Part shown: one piece after another, positions 62,939 to 64,000 of the stretch | How positions within the stretch are numbered: position 1 is the stretch's first letter | Layout: every line of letters begins with the position of its first letter | From: Candidatus Nealsonbacteria bacterium | GTDB taxonomy: Bacteria > Patescibacteriota > Minisyncoccia > Minisyncoccales > RBG-13-36-15 | Assembly (NCBI GenBank): GCA_011050465.1 | Contig: DRFQ01000009.1 | Location: forward strand, 192,334-256,333 | Reading direction: 5' to 3' | Length of the DNA: 64,000 nt | Made by a program: the position numbers and the translations under genes | Notes under the pieces: model-generated | Told to the model about the DNA's origin: nothing | The model's database searches: none | Seen by the model: only the letters and a program-made list of their open reading frames with translations

Positions 62939-63982
62939 TTAATTAGGTTCTGGGGTAGATTCTGAAGTAGATTCATCGGCTGGTGGTGGCTCATCGGCAA
63001 GTGGCTCGCCCTGAGCCGGGTCGAAGGGTTCTTCTTCTGGTGGCTCTTCTACTGATGGTGATTCCTCGGCAGGAGGTTCCTCTACTGGTGGCTCGCCCTG
63101 AGCCGGGTCGAAGGGTTCCTCTACTGGAGGCTCTTCAACAGGCGGTTCTTCTTCAATTAAAGGCTCTTCAACTGGCGGTTCTTCTGTCGACGGTTCCTCT
63201 GCTGGGGTTGGTTCTTCGGCTGGAAGTTCTTCAGCTGGAGGCTCTTCAGTAGGTGGTTCTTCTTCAACTGGAGGCTCTTCGGCTGGTGGAGGTTCCTCTG
63301 CAGGGGGTTCCTCTGCTAGTGGCTCGCCCTGAGCCGGGTCGAAGGGTTCTTCGGTAGGCATTTCTTCGCTTGGAGCTTCTTCCCCGGGATTATCATTAAT
63401 TAATTGGGCTGATTGCGTTCCTAGTAAAAAGTTATCTCCTGCTAATAAAAATGATTCAAAAACTAGTTCTGGCTGCGGAGTATCAAACGCAAGAGTTGCC
63501 CCTAAACATTGTCTCGTATGGCCAAGATTATTTAAATAGTCTAAAGTATTTTTTATTTCCGCCTGTTCTTCTCTGGTTGAATTAGGGTCTCGCAAAATAT
63601 CATCTGCCCTGACTACGAGTTCATATATAGTTATATTCTCGCTTTCGACAACATAATTTCCTACTCCAAAATGGGCAATATTGAATTTCATTGCTAATAA
63701 CTGAGCTTTTAACATATCTCTCATTTCATCGGCATTAGCATTTTCGAAAACTTCATCAACCTTCTCTTGTGTATCGATTACATCATCTCCCAGCAATTGA
63801 GGCAGATAATTATTATCAACATAAATTTCGGGGTGATTCTTCCAGAAGCCAATTGTCCGGGTCTCTAAGGGTGTACATATATGAGCAGTGACATTAATTA
63901 CGTGAGCCTCAAAAGCAGATAACGCAAAAGCTTGGGCAAGAAATGCAAAAAGAATTAAGCCAAAGATAACGGCCTTTTTCAA
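62939..63982 (-). CDS. secreted protein with Pro/Glu-rich C-terminal tail containing three PFDPAQGEP units
   Basis: Signal peptide MKKAVIFGLILFAFLAQAFA, a helical N-terminal domain, and then about 150 aa of (P/E)-rich repeats. Confidence 0.6.
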   Translation of the reverse strand: MKKAVIFGLILFAFLAQAFALSAFEAHVINVTAHICTPLETRTIGFWKNHPEIYVDNNYLPQLLGDDVIDTQEKVDEVFENANADEMRDMLKAQLLAMKFNIAHFGVGNYVVESENITIYELVVRADDILRDPNSTREEQAEIKNTLDYLNNLGHTRQCLGATLAFDTPQPELVFESFLLAGDNFLLGTQSAQLINDNPGEEAPSEEMPTEEPFDPAQGEPLAEEPPAEEPPPAEEPPVEEEPPTEEPPAEELPAEEPTPAEEPSTEEPPVEEPLIEEEPPVEEPPVEEPFDPAQGEPPVEEPPAEESPSVEEPPEEEPFDPAQGEPLADEPPPADESTSESTPEPN

Positions 63983-64000
63983 GAATCTTTTAGATAAACC

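Overview
This is an AT-rich bacterial window with short genes, strong GGAGG ribosome-binding sites and almost no spacer between core genes. The protein styles suggest an uncultivated small-genome lineage of the CPR/Patescibacteria type, but that is inference only. These styles include a membrane-anchored Clp ATPase, lamin-tail-domain surface proteins, MPFIxxGKxNLKY N-terminal anchors and a minimal mraZ-rsmH-ftsL-ftsI cluster. Layout: (1) 1-5.5 kb holds a minus-strand surface operon with an S8 protease, a small secreted subunit and two Ig-like proteins. (2) About 5.5-26.4 kb is an accessory region made almost entirely of small minus-strand cassettes. They include a methyltransferase, an HD protein, CofE-like and CYTH proteins, a wHTH protein, zinc ribbons, a CHASE histidine kinase with two receivers, a PIF1-like helicase, a GIY-YIG gene and a three-gene nuclease-containing block. 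The region is punctuated by modular repeats and recycled terminator hairpins, and it ends at tRNA-Gln. (3) 26.5-58 kb is core: dnaX, cysS, dnaB, recR, rplU, rmuC, transporters, a P-type ATPase, tRNA-Glu, the dcw genes, Clp, guaA, MscS and tRNA-Val. (4) 58-64 kb holds a second surface-protein cluster, including a frameshifted protein of about 1300 aa. Main hunt results are a GIY-YIG ORF nested in a hairpin with ORF-less miniature copies, a tRNA-linked three-gene candidate defence block, in-frame palindromic insertions in guaA and rsmH, and an insertion into the dcw cluster flanked by a duplicated rsmH 3' end. I saw no rRNA genes and no CRISPR array. All family names come from motif recognition by eye; nothing was searched or computed.
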